Assembly: GCA_039029215.1 (NCBI GenBank)
Contig: JBCCGP010000005.1
Location: 4,721 to 68,720, forward strand
DNA length: 64,000 nt
Direction: 5' to 3'
Source: Pseudomonadota bacterium
GTDB taxonomy: Bacteria > Pseudomonadota > Alphaproteobacteria > Rhodobacterales > Rhodobacteraceae
Shown here: piece after piece, positions 30,743 to 40,478 of the stretch
How the letters are laid out: each line of letters starts with the position of its first letter
Position numbering within the stretch: position 1 is the first letter of the stretch
Program-made: the position numbers and the translations under genes
The notes under the pieces: generated by a model
Told to the model about the DNA's origin: nothing
The model's database searches: none
The model's input: the letters and a program-made list of their open reading frames with translations, nothing else

Positions 30743-31276
30743 ATGGACAAAATCAGACAGTTGAATGCCGCACTGACGGCACCTTTGCAGAAAATACCAG
30801 AGGGTATCTTGCCGTTACTGGCACGCATCGCCTTTGCGGCAGTATTGCTGAAATATTTCTGGGGATCCGCGATGACAAAACTTGGTGATGGGATCGGTGG
30901 AATTTTTGCGCTGAACCCAAATGCCTATTTCCAGATGTTTCCAAAAGCGATGGAAGCGGCTGGGTTTGATCCATCCGGCCTGTCTGTGATCCATAAATTG
31001 ATTGCCCTGGCAGGCACTTGGGGTGAATTTGTGCTACCCGCGCTTATTCTTGTTGGTCTGTTCTCGCGCCTTGCGGCCCTGGGCATGATGGCTTTCGTCG
31101 CCGTCCAAACCTATGTTGACGTCACAGGACATGGCGCAGAGTTTGGGGCGTGGTTTAACAACCAATCGGGCGAGCTGATCGCGGATCAACGTCTGCTGTG
31201 GTATCTGTTATTTGCCATTTTGCTGATCAAAGGCGGTGGCCTTCTGTCCGTCGATCGCGCGCTTAAAATCGACTGA
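30743..31276 (+). CDS. DoxX-family inner-membrane protein
   Basis: 177 aa with four TM helices and DoxX-like LLARIAFAAVLLKYFW...GEFVLPALILVGLFSRLAALGM. Confidence 0.75.
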   Translation: MDKIRQLNAALTAPLQKIPEGILPLLARIAFAAVLLKYFWGSAMTKLGDGIGGIFALNPNAYFQMFPKAMEAAGFDPSGLSVIHKLIALAGTWGEFVLPALILVGLFSRLAALGMMAFVAVQTYVDVTGHGAEFGAWFNNQSGELIADQRLLWYLLFAILLIKGGGLLSVDRALKID

Positions 31277-31291
31277 CGCGAAAAACCTTGC

Positions 31292-31327
31292 ACATCAGCG
31301 CCATAGCGGATTGAGTGGCGCTGATGT
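31292..31327 (+). promoter_or_regulatory. 11-bp perfect inverted repeat spanning the epimerase start codons
   Basis: ACATCAGCGCC (31292-31302) pairs with GGCGCTGATGT (31317-31327) across a 14-nt loop. The right arm contains the GTG at 31315 and the ATG at 31324. Confidence 0.6.
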
Positions 31328-32262
31328 CTGTGATGACCACCCATAAAGGCCCCAATGGAGCGGATTATAGCCCGGCGGCGCTGCGTGCTGGTGATTTGGA
31401 AATTGGTGTGCTGAGTTTTGGTGCGCGCACGATGTATATCCGCCATCGCGGTAAAGATTTGATCCTGGGCTATCCTGATCCGGCGGCGTATTTTACCGAT
31501 CCGTTTTATATTGGTGCGATTGTTGGGCGTGTCGCAAATAGATTGGCGAATAGTCGGATTACAATCGATGGTAAAACCTATCCGCTGACAGCTAATGAGG
31601 GGACTAAGCAGTTGCATGGGGGACCGGGTGGCGTTTCTCAGGTGGTGTGGGATATGGAGCCGCTGGAGACGGGGAAAAACGGTGTAAAGTTGACATATAG
31701 CTCGCCTGATGGCGATCAGGGGTATCCGCATGATGTCCGCTTTGAGGTCGAGGTTGCGCTGTCAGAGACGGGTTTGACCTATCACATGCGCGCCATGCCA
31801 TCCGCGCCGACAGCGATCAATATGGCACAGCATAATTATTACAGCCTTGGTCCGCTGGGTGATGCGCGGCTAACCGTGCCAGCGGCGCGCTATACGCCGG
31901 TGGATGGTGATCAAATCCCGACCGGGGATTATGCGGATGTGGATGGCGATATGTTTGACTATCGCACCGGCGCGCCTGTGCATCCAGATATCGATCATAA
32001 TTTGGTTTTGGATGGGGCTGAGAGCGCAATTGTCTATGAAAATGATACCCATCAGTTGACGTTGCATTGTGATCAACCGGGGATACAGGTCTATTCCGGT
32101 TCGGGATTGGAGCCGCCGTTCGCGCCGTTTCAAGGCATTTGTCTGGAACCACAACTTTTTCCAAACGCTTTTAATCAGGAGGGGTTTGATGCGCCTTTAG
32201 CAACGCCTGAGGCGCCTTACGAGCAAATTCTGAGAATCGATATCGCGGCGAAAGTGCGTTAA
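31324..32262 (+). CDS. aldose 1-epimerase family protein
   Basis: GRVANRLANSRITIDGKTYPLTANEGTKQLHGGPGG and QGICLEPQ are mutarotase motifs. The start is ambiguous (GTG 31315, ATG 31324 or 31333). Confidence 0.8.
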   Translation: MSVMTTHKGPNGADYSPAALRAGDLEIGVLSFGARTMYIRHRGKDLILGYPDPAAYFTDPFYIGAIVGRVANRLANSRITIDGKTYPLTANEGTKQLHGGPGGVSQVVWDMEPLETGKNGVKLTYSSPDGDQGYPHDVRFEVEVALSETGLTYHMRAMPSAPTAINMAQHNYYSLGPLGDARLTVPAARYTPVDGDQIPTGDYADVDGDMFDYRTGAPVHPDIDHNLVLDGAESAIVYENDTHQLTLHCDQPGIQVYSGSGLEPPFAPFQGICLEPQLFPNAFNQEGFDAPLATPEAPYEQILRIDIAAKVR

Positions 32263-33602
32263 GCGCCATCCATTAAACGCACAACGCGCTGTTGCGCGGC
32301 TTCCGCAATTTTGCGTTCTTCGACATTGACCAATTGGAACTCACTGACAACGGATTTCCCCTCGACCAGCAAATCACGCACGCGATGTGGACCGTTCAAA
32401 ACAAGGGCCGCAATCGGATCCCAACTGCCTGCCATATGCAGCGCGCCCATATCCCAAATCGCTAGATCGGCACGTTTGCCCACCTCGATCGAGCCCAGTT
32501 CTGCCCCGCGCCCCAACACCTGTGCGCCGCCAAGCGTGGCAATTTCCAACGCCTCGCGCGCTTTCATCTTATCCGCACCCTCACGCACGCGGGCCATTAA
32601 CATGGCTTGACGTGCCTCGGATATCAGCGATCCAGCGTCTGAACTGGCAGAGCCATCGACGCCTAAGCCAACCTTAACCCCCGCATCACGCATGGCCCGT
32701 ATGGGCGCGATGCCAGACCCAAGTCGACAATTGGAACAAGGACAATGCGCAATCCCTGTGCCAGTGTTCGAAAACAAGCTGATTTCTTGATCATCAAGCT
32801 TCACACAATGGGCGTGCCAAACATGATCGCCCACCCAATCCAAACGCTCTGCATATTCGCCGGGGCGCACGCCGAACTTCTCGATCGAATAATCAATATC
32901 TTCGTCATTTTCGGCCAAATGCGTGTGTAGCATGACATTTTTGTCCCGCGCCATCCGGGCGGCATCGGCCATCAATCCTTCTGACACGGTAAAGGGCGAG
33001 CATGGGGCCAAGGCAACTTTGACCATGGCCGCATCACTTGGGTCGTGCAATTCCTCAACAACGCGTTGGAAGTCTTTGATAATATTGGGTTCTTCTTCGA
33101 CCAAACTGTCTGGCGGCAGGCCACCATTGCTTTCGCCGACCGACATTGCCCCCCGCGTCGCATGAAAACGGATACCAACCGACCCGACACCTTCAATCGC
33201 ATGTTCCAATTTCACATCATTGGGAAAGATATATTGATGGTCCGAGGTCATGGTACAGCCCGACAGCGCCAACTCGCCACTGGCCACCTGGGCCGAGACA
33301 TACATATCCTCGCCCTCCATCCGCTCAAAAATCGGATAAAGCGACTTTAACCATCCAAATAACAGCGCATCCTGCCCCGCGGGCACACCGCGCACAAGAC
33401 TTTGAAACATGTGATGATGGGTATTCACCAAGCCCGGCGTTACAATCGCATAGGATGCATCGAGAGTATGTGCCCCATCAAGATTCGGGCCAATTTCTGC
33501 AATCGCACCGTCTTTGATGCGAATATCGCAATCGCGCAATTCGCGCCGTTCAGCATCCATGGTTGCAATATGTGCGGCATTTTTAATGACAAGTTCGGAC
33601 AT
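32259..33602 (-). CDS. amidohydrolase-superfamily deaminase (8-oxoguanine deaminase / guanine deaminase-like)
   Basis: 447 aa with PGLVNTHHHMFQ, HLAEN and GVDGSASSD metal-ligand motifs. The purine-catabolic neighbourhood supports the call, but the substrate is inferred only. Confidence 0.65.
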   Translation of the reverse strand: MSELVIKNAAHIATMDAERRELRDCDIRIKDGAIAEIGPNLDGAHTLDASYAIVTPGLVNTHHHMFQSLVRGVPAGQDALLFGWLKSLYPIFERMEGEDMYVSAQVASGELALSGCTMTSDHQYIFPNDVKLEHAIEGVGSVGIRFHATRGAMSVGESNGGLPPDSLVEEEPNIIKDFQRVVEELHDPSDAAMVKVALAPCSPFTVSEGLMADAARMARDKNVMLHTHLAENDEDIDYSIEKFGVRPGEYAERLDWVGDHVWHAHCVKLDDQEISLFSNTGTGIAHCPCSNCRLGSGIAPIRAMRDAGVKVGLGVDGSASSDAGSLISEARQAMLMARVREGADKMKAREALEIATLGGAQVLGRGAELGSIEVGKRADLAIWDMGALHMAGSWDPIAALVLNGPHRVRDLLVEGKSVVSEFQLVNVEERKIAEAAQQRVVRLMDGA

Positions 33603-33635
33603 CGTTAAACCCTTGGGCTTATCCCGAAAAGCACC

Positions 33636-35189
33636 CTAGCCTTTGGCCAGATAGGCGTCAATTTTCTTGATCTGATCACGCGTCAAGTGCAACCCCAAAC
33701 GCGACCGCCGCCAAACGAAATCATCCGCCGTTTCAACAAACTCATGGACTTTGACCCAATCAAGCTCAGGTGCATATATCCCATGGGCAATCTTCTTAGG
33801 TGTGTCTGATCCCTCAAAAATCTTGAACGCATCTGTGCCATAATGGGTGATCAGCCGATTGGCTGTACGCTCATCCAAAAAAGTATATTTTTTACGAAGT
33901 TTTTCGATGAGTTTTGGACGTGTGAAAGCAGCAAAATCACCGCCCGGAAGCGGCGCATTTGCGGTCCATTTCGGACGCGGGCGCCCGAATTCAGCATCAA
34001 TCAACTTCAAAGCGCTTTCCGCCAATTTGCGAAATGTTGTGATTTTACCGCCGAAGATATTCAAAACCGGCGCATCCTGCGTTTTATTCATCTTCAACAC
34101 ATAATCCCGCGTCAAGGCAGAGGCATTTTGCGCCCCATCATCATAAAGCGGACGCACGCCAGAATAGGTCCAGACTATATCGGCCTTGGTGATCGGTGTT
34201 TCAAAATACTGATTTGCGAAATTTAGCAAATAGTCCTGTTCCTCTGGCGTGCAAACAGGTTTTTGATCTGGGGCATGATGGGCCATATCGGTGGTGCCGA
34301 TCAGGGTAAAATCGCCCTCATAGGGGATTGCGAAAATAATGCGTCCATCGGTCCCTTGGAAAAAATAGGCTTTGTCATGGGGGTAATGCCGTTTGACAAC
34401 CAAATGTGAGCCCCGCACCAAACGCGTGTTTTCATTGGTTTTCAGCCGCAAGCGCCCATGGATCACATCCCCTACCCATGGGCCCGCCGCATTCACAATC
34501 ATGCGTGCCTTGACGGTTTTGGTGTTACCATCGCGCCCGTCTGTTAGTGTGATGGTCCAAATCCCATTGGTTGCGGTTGCGGTTTCTACCTTTGTACGTG
34601 TCTCGATCTGCGCACCACGTTGAGCCGCGTCGCGCGCATTCAGCACCACCAGGCGCGAATCCTCCACCCAGCCGTCAGAATATTCAAACGCTTTGCGGTA
34701 TTTGTCTTGAAGCGGCACGCCTTCGGGCGTGTTCGCAAGGCGTATCGTGCGTGTTTTGGGCAGCCGACTGCCCCACCCGGCCATTGCATCGTATAAGAAC
34801 AAGCCCAACCGGATTAGCCAATTCGGTCTGCGTCCCCGCATCCATGGCATCACCCAACCCAGCAGCTTAGAGCTGGGCGTGGTGCTGTCAAATCGCATGT
34901 CTTTATGCAACGGCAGTACAAAGCGCATTGGCCAGCTGATATGGGGCATATTGCGCAATAGTATATCCCGTTCGCGCAATGCCTCTTTGACGAGGCGAAA
35001 TTCGAAATATTCCAGATAGCGTAGCCCACCATGAAAGAGTTTGGTTGAGCTTGAGGATGTCGCCTGCGCCAGATCATCTTTTTCGGCCAAATAAACCGAA
35101 TATCCCCGCCCCGCCGCATCACGCGCAATGCCACAGCCATTTACACCGCCGCCGATAATCAAGAGATCGAAAATTTCAGTGTCAGACAT
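33636..35189 (-). CDS. glpD: FAD-dependent glycerol-3-phosphate dehydrogenase
   Basis: The start is MSDTEIFDLLIIGGGVNGCGIARDAAGRG (GxGxxG). The C-terminal helical domain of GlpD is present. The upstream 62 codons of the track ORF are treated as non-coding. Confidence 0.88.
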   Translation of the reverse strand: MSDTEIFDLLIIGGGVNGCGIARDAAGRGYSVYLAEKDDLAQATSSSSTKLFHGGLRYLEYFEFRLVKEALRERDILLRNMPHISWPMRFVLPLHKDMRFDSTTPSSKLLGWVMPWMRGRRPNWLIRLGLFLYDAMAGWGSRLPKTRTIRLANTPEGVPLQDKYRKAFEYSDGWVEDSRLVVLNARDAAQRGAQIETRTKVETATATNGIWTITLTDGRDGNTKTVKARMIVNAAGPWVGDVIHGRLRLKTNENTRLVRGSHLVVKRHYPHDKAYFFQGTDGRIIFAIPYEGDFTLIGTTDMAHHAPDQKPVCTPEEQDYLLNFANQYFETPITKADIVWTYSGVRPLYDDGAQNASALTRDYVLKMNKTQDAPVLNIFGGKITTFRKLAESALKLIDAEFGRPRPKWTANAPLPGGDFAAFTRPKLIEKLRKKYTFLDERTANRLITHYGTDAFKIFEGSDTPKKIAHGIYAPELDWVKVHEFVETADDFVWRRSRLGLHLTRDQIKKIDAYLAKG

Positions 35190-35209
35190 GAGGTATTTAC
35201 TGCGAAAAG

Positions 35210-35339
35210 GGTTCGATTTGCCCCGCTCTACCCTGTTCCGAAACAAGGTTAAATGGGCGGATTGGCAATTTACCCAACGATCTTTGCTGCATACTCTATA
35301 GCGTGATAAATTTAAGGTCGTAAGAACAGGTTCGATTTG
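35210..35339. repeat. two copies of an 11-bp direct repeat GGTTCGATTTG in the glpD / permease divergent intergenic region
   Basis: The copies lie at 35210-35220 and 35329-35339 and I verified them base by base. Confidence 0.7.
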
Positions 35340-35434
35340 TATAAATTTCTTGCTTTTTAACATAAATTTCCCCACTGTTTGCGCAGGCGCAGCATGAAAA
35401 ACGCAAGACTGCGCGAGCAGCTATAGAGGGAAAA

Positions 35435-36745
35435 ATGGCTAATATTGATTATTCGAGTGCGGATTCCATGCCGCCAATCGGACAAGCTGTGCCGCTTGGA
35501 TTGCAACATGTTTTGGCAATGTTTGCATCTAACGTCACACCGTCCATCATCGTTGCAGGCGCCGCGGGGCTTGCCTTTGGCTCAATCGAGCAGGTCTATC
35601 TGATCCAGATGGCCATGCTGTTTGCGGGCATTGCAACATTGTTTCAAACCATCGGCTTTGGTCCAGTGGGCGCACGTTTGCCGATTATGCAAGGAACATC
35701 CTTTGCTTTTGTCGGTGTGCTTGCGGGTGTGGCCGCAACACAAGGCTTGGGCGTGGCCCTGACCGCCTGTTTGATCGGGGGGATTATTCACACGCTTCTG
35801 GGCGGTGTGATCCAGCACCTACGGTTCCTGTTTCCACCCCTTGTGACAGGTTTGGTGATCTTGGCGATTGGTCTTTATCTGTTGCCGGTTGCGATCAAAT
35901 ATTCCGCAGGTGGGGCCGCGAAATTCCAGATGGAGGCTGAAAGCTTCGGGTCTTTGATGCACTGGTCGGTTGCGCTGACGGTTGTTGTTGTCTCACTTAT
36001 CTGTACCTTCTTTGGGCGCGGATTGATCCGCACAGCAGCCATTTTGATCGGTTTGATCGCGGGTTACGCGCTGGCCTATGTGATGGGTATGGTGAATTTC
36101 GGCGCGGTTGGCAAAGCTGGCTGGTTCTCTGGTCTGCAAGTCATGCCTTACGGCTTTGAATTCTCGCTGGGTGCGGTGATTGCGGTCACGCTTGTCTCAA
36201 TTGTTTCGGCGATTGAAACGGTCGGTGACGCCTCTGCGACAACCAAGGCAGGTGCAGGACGCGATGCAACGGACAAAGAAATCTCGGGCGCGACCTATGC
36301 TGATGGTTTGGGCACAGCGGTTGCTGCGGTCTTTGGCGGTCTGCCAAATACGTCCTTCAGCCAGAATGTGGGCATTGTCGGCATGACCGGCATCATGAGC
36401 CGCAAGGTCGTCGCCATTGGTGGTTTGATCCTTGTGATATGTGGTCTGTTGCCGAAAATTGGTGCTGTCATCGCATCGATGCCGCTGCCGGTTCTTGGTG
36501 GTGGTGTGATCGTGATGTTCGGTATGGTTGCGGCCGCGGGCATTAAGATGCTGACAGAAACGCCGATCAATCGTCGCAATATGATCATCATCTCGGTCTC
36601 GCTTGCCTTTGGTCTAGGTCTGAACCTTGTGCCGACAGCGGTGCAATATCTGCCAGGGGTTCTGCAAACGCTGGCCACATCAGCCGTTGCGCCTGTGGCT
36701 TTGGTTGCGGTTATTCTCAACCAAATCCTGCCGCAAGAAGACTAA
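35435..36745 (+). CDS. nucleobase:cation symporter-2 (xanthine/uracil permease) family transporter
   Basis: 436 aa with about 12-14 TM helices. NCS2-like motifs QHVLAMFASNVTP and SFSQNVGIVGMTG are present. Confidence 0.85.
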   Translation: MANIDYSSADSMPPIGQAVPLGLQHVLAMFASNVTPSIIVAGAAGLAFGSIEQVYLIQMAMLFAGIATLFQTIGFGPVGARLPIMQGTSFAFVGVLAGVAATQGLGVALTACLIGGIIHTLLGGVIQHLRFLFPPLVTGLVILAIGLYLLPVAIKYSAGGAAKFQMEAESFGSLMHWSVALTVVVVSLICTFFGRGLIRTAAILIGLIAGYALAYVMGMVNFGAVGKAGWFSGLQVMPYGFEFSLGAVIAVTLVSIVSAIETVGDASATTKAGAGRDATDKEISGATYADGLGTAVAAVFGGLPNTSFSQNVGIVGMTGIMSRKVVAIGGLILVICGLLPKIGAVIASMPLPVLGGGVIVMFGMVAAAGIKMLTETPINRRNMIIISVSLAFGLGLNLVPTAVQYLPGVLQTLATSAVAPVALVAVILNQILPQED

Positions 36746-36761
36746 ACAACGACACATATGG

Positions 36762-36793
36762 GTCGGCGCTGCTTGCGCCGACTCATTTTTTTT
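36762..36793 (+). terminator. intrinsic terminator after the NCS2 permease
   Basis: GTCGGCGC-tgctt-GCGCCGAC is followed by TCATTTTTTTT. Confidence 0.75.
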
Positions 36794-36882
36794 GCCTAGA
36801 ATAAGCTTATGTCCCCGCGCGCTTTACGGCACATCGGGCGCAGTTGGGACACAAAAGCAACAGAAGGTGCCGGACGCTTGCG

Positions 36883-38244
36883 ATGGATATAGAGTTTCTT
36901 CTGAACGGAGAACCTGTCGCGTTAACAGACATCAATCCTTATGAAACGGCGCTGGATTTCTTGCGCCTGCGCAAATCGCTGACGGGCACAAAAGAGGGCT
37001 GCAACGAAGGTGATTGCGGCGCCTGTACGGTGATGGTCACTGGCGCCTGCGGGCATCGGGCGTTGAACGCCTGTATTTTGTTTTTGCCCCAGCTTCATGG
37101 ACAGGCCTTGCGGACCGTGGAAGGGTTGGGTGGTGATCATCCGGTACAGAATGCGATGATCGAGCATCACGGCAGTCAATGCGGGTTTTGTACGCCGGGT
37201 TTTGTCATGTCGATGGCCACCGCACATGCGAATGATGCAACCGATTATGATGATCAATTGGCGGGCAATCTGTGCCGTTGTACAGGTTACGCGCCGATTA
37301 TCCGCGCGGCAGAGGCCTGCGAGGGTGCTGCAAAACCCGATTGGCTCGCATCAGATTTGGCGTGGGTTGAGAATTTTGAAGCTGCGTCCAAACCCACCCT
37401 GCCCAGCACAATCGATGAATTTGCGCACTATTACGCTAATAACCCCGATACACAGCTGATCAGTGGTGCAACCGATGTTGGGCTTTTGGTGACAAAGCAA
37501 CTGCGCGATTTACCGCAGCCGATTTTCCTAAAACAAATCAAAGGCTTCGATGCCGTCTTTAAAGCGCCTGATGGGATCACGATCATGGGCGGTACGTCCG
37601 CGACAGATGTGTTGAATGCGGTGGCTGAGGATTATCCGAGTTTCGCCGAACTTCTGCGCCGCTATGGGTCCGTGCAAGTGCGCAATGCGGGCACAATCGG
37701 CGGCAATATCGCAAATGGGTCCCCAATCGGCGACAGCCCGCCGGCCCTGATCGCGCTTGGCGCGCAGCTGACCTTGCGCAAGGCAGATCAGCGCAGAGTG
37801 ATCGCACTGGAAGATTTCTTTATCGATTACGGAAAGCAAGATCGCGCGGCAGGTGAATTTGTCGAAAGCATCTTAATTCCCAAACAAGCGGGTCGGTTGA
37901 AATGCTACAAAATCTCCAAACGCTTTGATCAGGATATTTCTGCGCTTTGCGGCTGTTTTAATATCTCAGTTGAAGATCAAAAGATTAAGCACGCCCGCAT
38001 CGCTTTTGGCGGTATGGCCGCCATTCCAAAACGCGCCACAGCGACCGAAGCGGCGCTGATCGGACAACCCTATTCCGAAGAGACGATGCGTGCCGCTATG
38101 ACAGCGCTTGCGCAGGATTTCGACCCGATTACCGATATGCGCGCCACTGCCGCGTATCGCATGAAAGCGGCGCAAAACCTGTTGCTGCGTGTCTATTTAG
38201 AAGATCAAGACGCGCTGGTGCCATTGCTGGACATTGCGCCATGA
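36883..38244 (+). CDS. xdhA: xanthine dehydrogenase small subunit (2Fe-2S + FAD domains)
   Basis: The start is [11 protein letters not shown]. It has [12 protein letters not shown] and CGFCTPG...CRCTGY Fe-S motifs followed by an FAD-binding domain. Confidence 0.9.
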   Translation: MDIEFLLNGEPVALTDINPYETALDFLRLRKSLTGTKEGCNEGDCGACTVMVTGACGHRALNACILFLPQLHGQALRTVEGLGGDHPVQNAMIEHHGSQCGFCTPGFVMSMATAHANDATDYDDQLAGNLCRCTGYAPIIRAAEACEGAAKPDWLASDLAWVENFEAASKPTLPSTIDEFAHYYANNPDTQLISGATDVGLLVTKQLRDLPQPIFLKQIKGFDAVFKAPDGITIMGGTSATDVLNAVAEDYPSFAELLRRYGSVQVRNAGTIGGNIANGSPIGDSPPALIALGAQLTLRKADQRRVIALEDFFIDYGKQDRAAGEFVESILIPKQAGRLKCYKISKRFDQDISALCGCFNISVEDQKIKHARIAFGGMAAIPKRATATEAALIGQPYSEETMRAAMTALAQDFDPITDMRATAAYRMKAAQNLLLRVYLEDQDALVPLLDIAP

Positions 38245-40478
38245 GTATCGGTGCTAAACCACATGACGCCGCCCTGCTTCATGTGTCCGGTCGGGCGCAA
38301 TATACGGATGACTTGCCCGAAAGCGCGGGCACATTGCACCTTGCCTTTGGCTTGGCGACAATTGCGCATGGGCGCTTTACCGAACTCGATTTGTCCCGCG
38401 TTAATGCTGCCCATGGGGTTGTCCGCGTTCTGACAGCGAGAGACATTCCTGGCACAAATGATGGTGGTGCAGTGGCCCATGATGAACCGGTGCTTAGCGA
38501 AGGTGACATCAAATTTCACGGGCAACCTTTGTTTGCAGTCATTGCCGACACGCATTTAAACGCCCGCAAAGCCGCGCGTTTGGCCGATGTCACCTACACA
38601 GAGAAACCCGCGATCTTGACCATGGATCAGGCCATCGCGGATGCTGAATTGCTGGAAGACCCGATCGTTTACAAAACGGGCGATGCAAAGGTCGCGATAA
38701 ACGCTGCCACCCGTCACCTGGCTGGACAAGTCGAAATGGGGGGGCAAGAGCATTTTTATCTTGAAGGTCACGCGGCCTATGCGCTGCCCCAAGAAAATGG
38801 GGATATGTTGGTCCATTGCTCGACCCAGCATCCCACTGAAATTCAACATAAAGTTGCCGAAAGCTTGAACCTACCGTTCAATGCTGTACGCGTGGAAACA
38901 CGCCGGATGGGTGGTGGGTTTGGCGGCAAAGAAAGTCAACCCAATCACCTTGCCATCATCTGCGCGGTTGCAGCACATCACACTGGGCGCCCGTGCAAGC
39001 TGCGCTATGATCGTGATGATGATTTTGTTCTGACCGGTAAACGGCATGATTTCCGCGTGAATTACGAGGTTGGGTTCGACACGGATGGGCGCATCCAAGG
39101 CGTTGTTATGGATCACCATATCCGCTGCGGATGGACCCAAGACTTGTCACTTGCCATTGCGGACCGCGCGCTTTTGCATTCTGACAATGCCTATCACCTG
39201 CCTGCGGTGCATCTGACATCTTATCGCTATCGCACGAATATGGTCTCGGCCACAGCCTTTCGCGGCTTTGGCGGGCCGCAAGGCATGTTCGCGATTGAGC
39301 GCATAATTGAGGATATCGCACGTCATTTGGACTGTGATCCGATGGATGTGAGGCGGGTGAATTTTTATCAGAACGGCCAAAAAACCCATTATGGGATGAC
39401 GATTGAGGACAGTGTTTTGGACCAGCTTTGCGCCGCGTTGGTTGAAACAAGTGATTATCAGAAGCGACGTGCGCAGATTGAAACAGAAAATAAGCAAAAC
39501 GCCATCCTAAAACGCGGCATCGCGCTGACGCCTGTGAAATTCGGCATCAGCTTCACACTGACGCAACTTAATCAGGCCGGTGCCTTGGTGCATATTTATG
39601 CGGATGGTTCGGTGCATCTTAATCACGGCGGCACAGAGATGGGTCAGGGCTTGTATATCAAGGTCGCACAAGTCGCCGCCAAAGAATTTGGCATACCGCT
39701 GGAACAAATAAAAATCTCAGCTGCCGACACGGCTAAGGTTCCAAATACATCGGCGACCGCTGCCTCCTCCGGCTCTGATATGAACGGCATGGCGGTCAAG
39801 GCGGCCTGTCAGACGATCAAAGATAGGCTGGCAGATTTGCTGCGCACGGAATGGGGTTGTAGCGCAGCACCTGTGTTCGATGGTGGAATGGTTCGCGCGG
39901 GTGATCAGGACATCAGCTTTGCCGATCTGGCAGGGCTGGCCTGGTCCAAGCGTATCTCGCTGTCATCCACTGGATTTTACGCCACACCCAAAATCGAATG
40001 GGACAGGTTTAAGGGGCGCGGACGTCCGTTTTATTATTTCGCCTATGGCGCGGCCTGTTCCGAGGTTGTTGTTGATACGCTGACAGGTGAATACAAAATC
40101 CTGCGCACAGATATTTTGCATGACGTTGGAAACAGCTTAAATCCAGCAATAGATATCGGCCAGATCGAGGGCGGATTTGTGCAAGGTGCGGGCTGGTTGA
40201 CGACTGAGGAATTGGTTTGGGATGATCAAGCGCGGCTTCGAACGCATGCGCCCAGCACGTATAAAATCCCCGCTTGTTCGGATCGGCCCGATATTTTCAA
40301 AGTGACGCTCTATGACAATGAAAATAAGGAGGAGACGATCTATCGCTCCAAGGCCGTTGGTGAACCGCCCTTTATGCTGGGGATCTCGGTTCTGTCCGCG
40401 CTCAGCCATGCAATTGGCAAACCTTTGGATGCGCCTGCGACATTTGAGCGGGTTTTGATGACTTACGAGGGTGCGTAA
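38241..40478 (+). CDS. xdhB: xanthine dehydrogenase molybdopterin-binding subunit
   Basis: 745 aa with [17 protein letters not shown] and AVGEPP motifs. It has an ATGA overlap with xdhA. Confidence 0.92.
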   Translation: MSIGAKPHDAALLHVSGRAQYTDDLPESAGTLHLAFGLATIAHGRFTELDLSRVNAAHGVVRVLTARDIPGTNDGGAVAHDEPVLSEGDIKFHGQPLFAVIADTHLNARKAARLADVTYTEKPAILTMDQAIADAELLEDPIVYKTGDAKVAINAATRHLAGQVEMGGQEHFYLEGHAAYALPQENGDMLVHCSTQHPTEIQHKVAESLNLPFNAVRVETRRMGGGFGGKESQPNHLAIICAVAAHHTGRPCKLRYDRDDDFVLTGKRHDFRVNYEVGFDTDGRIQGVVMDHHIRCGWTQDLSLAIADRALLHSDNAYHLPAVHLTSYRYRTNMVSATAFRGFGGPQGMFAIERIIEDIARHLDCDPMDVRRVNFYQNGQKTHYGMTIEDSVLDQLCAALVETSDYQKRRAQIETENKQNAILKRGIALTPVKFGISFTLTQLNQAGALVHIYADGSVHLNHGGTEMGQGLYIKVAQVAAKEFGIPLEQIKISAADTAKVPNTSATAASSGSDMNGMAVKAACQTIKDRLADLLRTEWGCSAAPVFDGGMVRAGDQDISFADLAGLAWSKRISLSSTGFYATPKIEWDRFKGRGRPFYYFAYGAACSEVVVDTLTGEYKILRTDILHDVGNSLNPAIDIGQIEGGFVQGAGWLTTEELVWDDQARLRTHAPSTYKIPACSDRPDIFKVTLYDNENKEETIYRSKAVGEPPFMLGISVLSALSHAIGKPLDAPATFERVLMTYEGA

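Noticed and set aside
31186-31731. 181-aa minus-strand ORF over the doxX 3' end and epimerase 5' end
   Set aside because: It is an Arg/Ile/His-rich shadow ORF opposite genes with clear family motifs.
35190-35375. 62-codon N-terminal extension of the glpD ORF. Similar extensions occur on ndk, anmK, coaD, sufC, sdhE, the NifS-like gene, xdhA, cysI and the ABC ATPase.
   Set aside because: In each case the conserved N-terminal motif (for example the GxGxxG of GlpD) begins right after an internal ATG. That ATG often forms an ATGA or TAATG junction with the upstream gene. The extensions read as non-protein-like sequence.
35376-35434. Possible purine riboswitch upstream of the NCS2 permease
   Set aside because: The leader is too short, and I could not find the conserved three-way-junction core of a purine riboswitch. 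Only a short GC palindrome is present.
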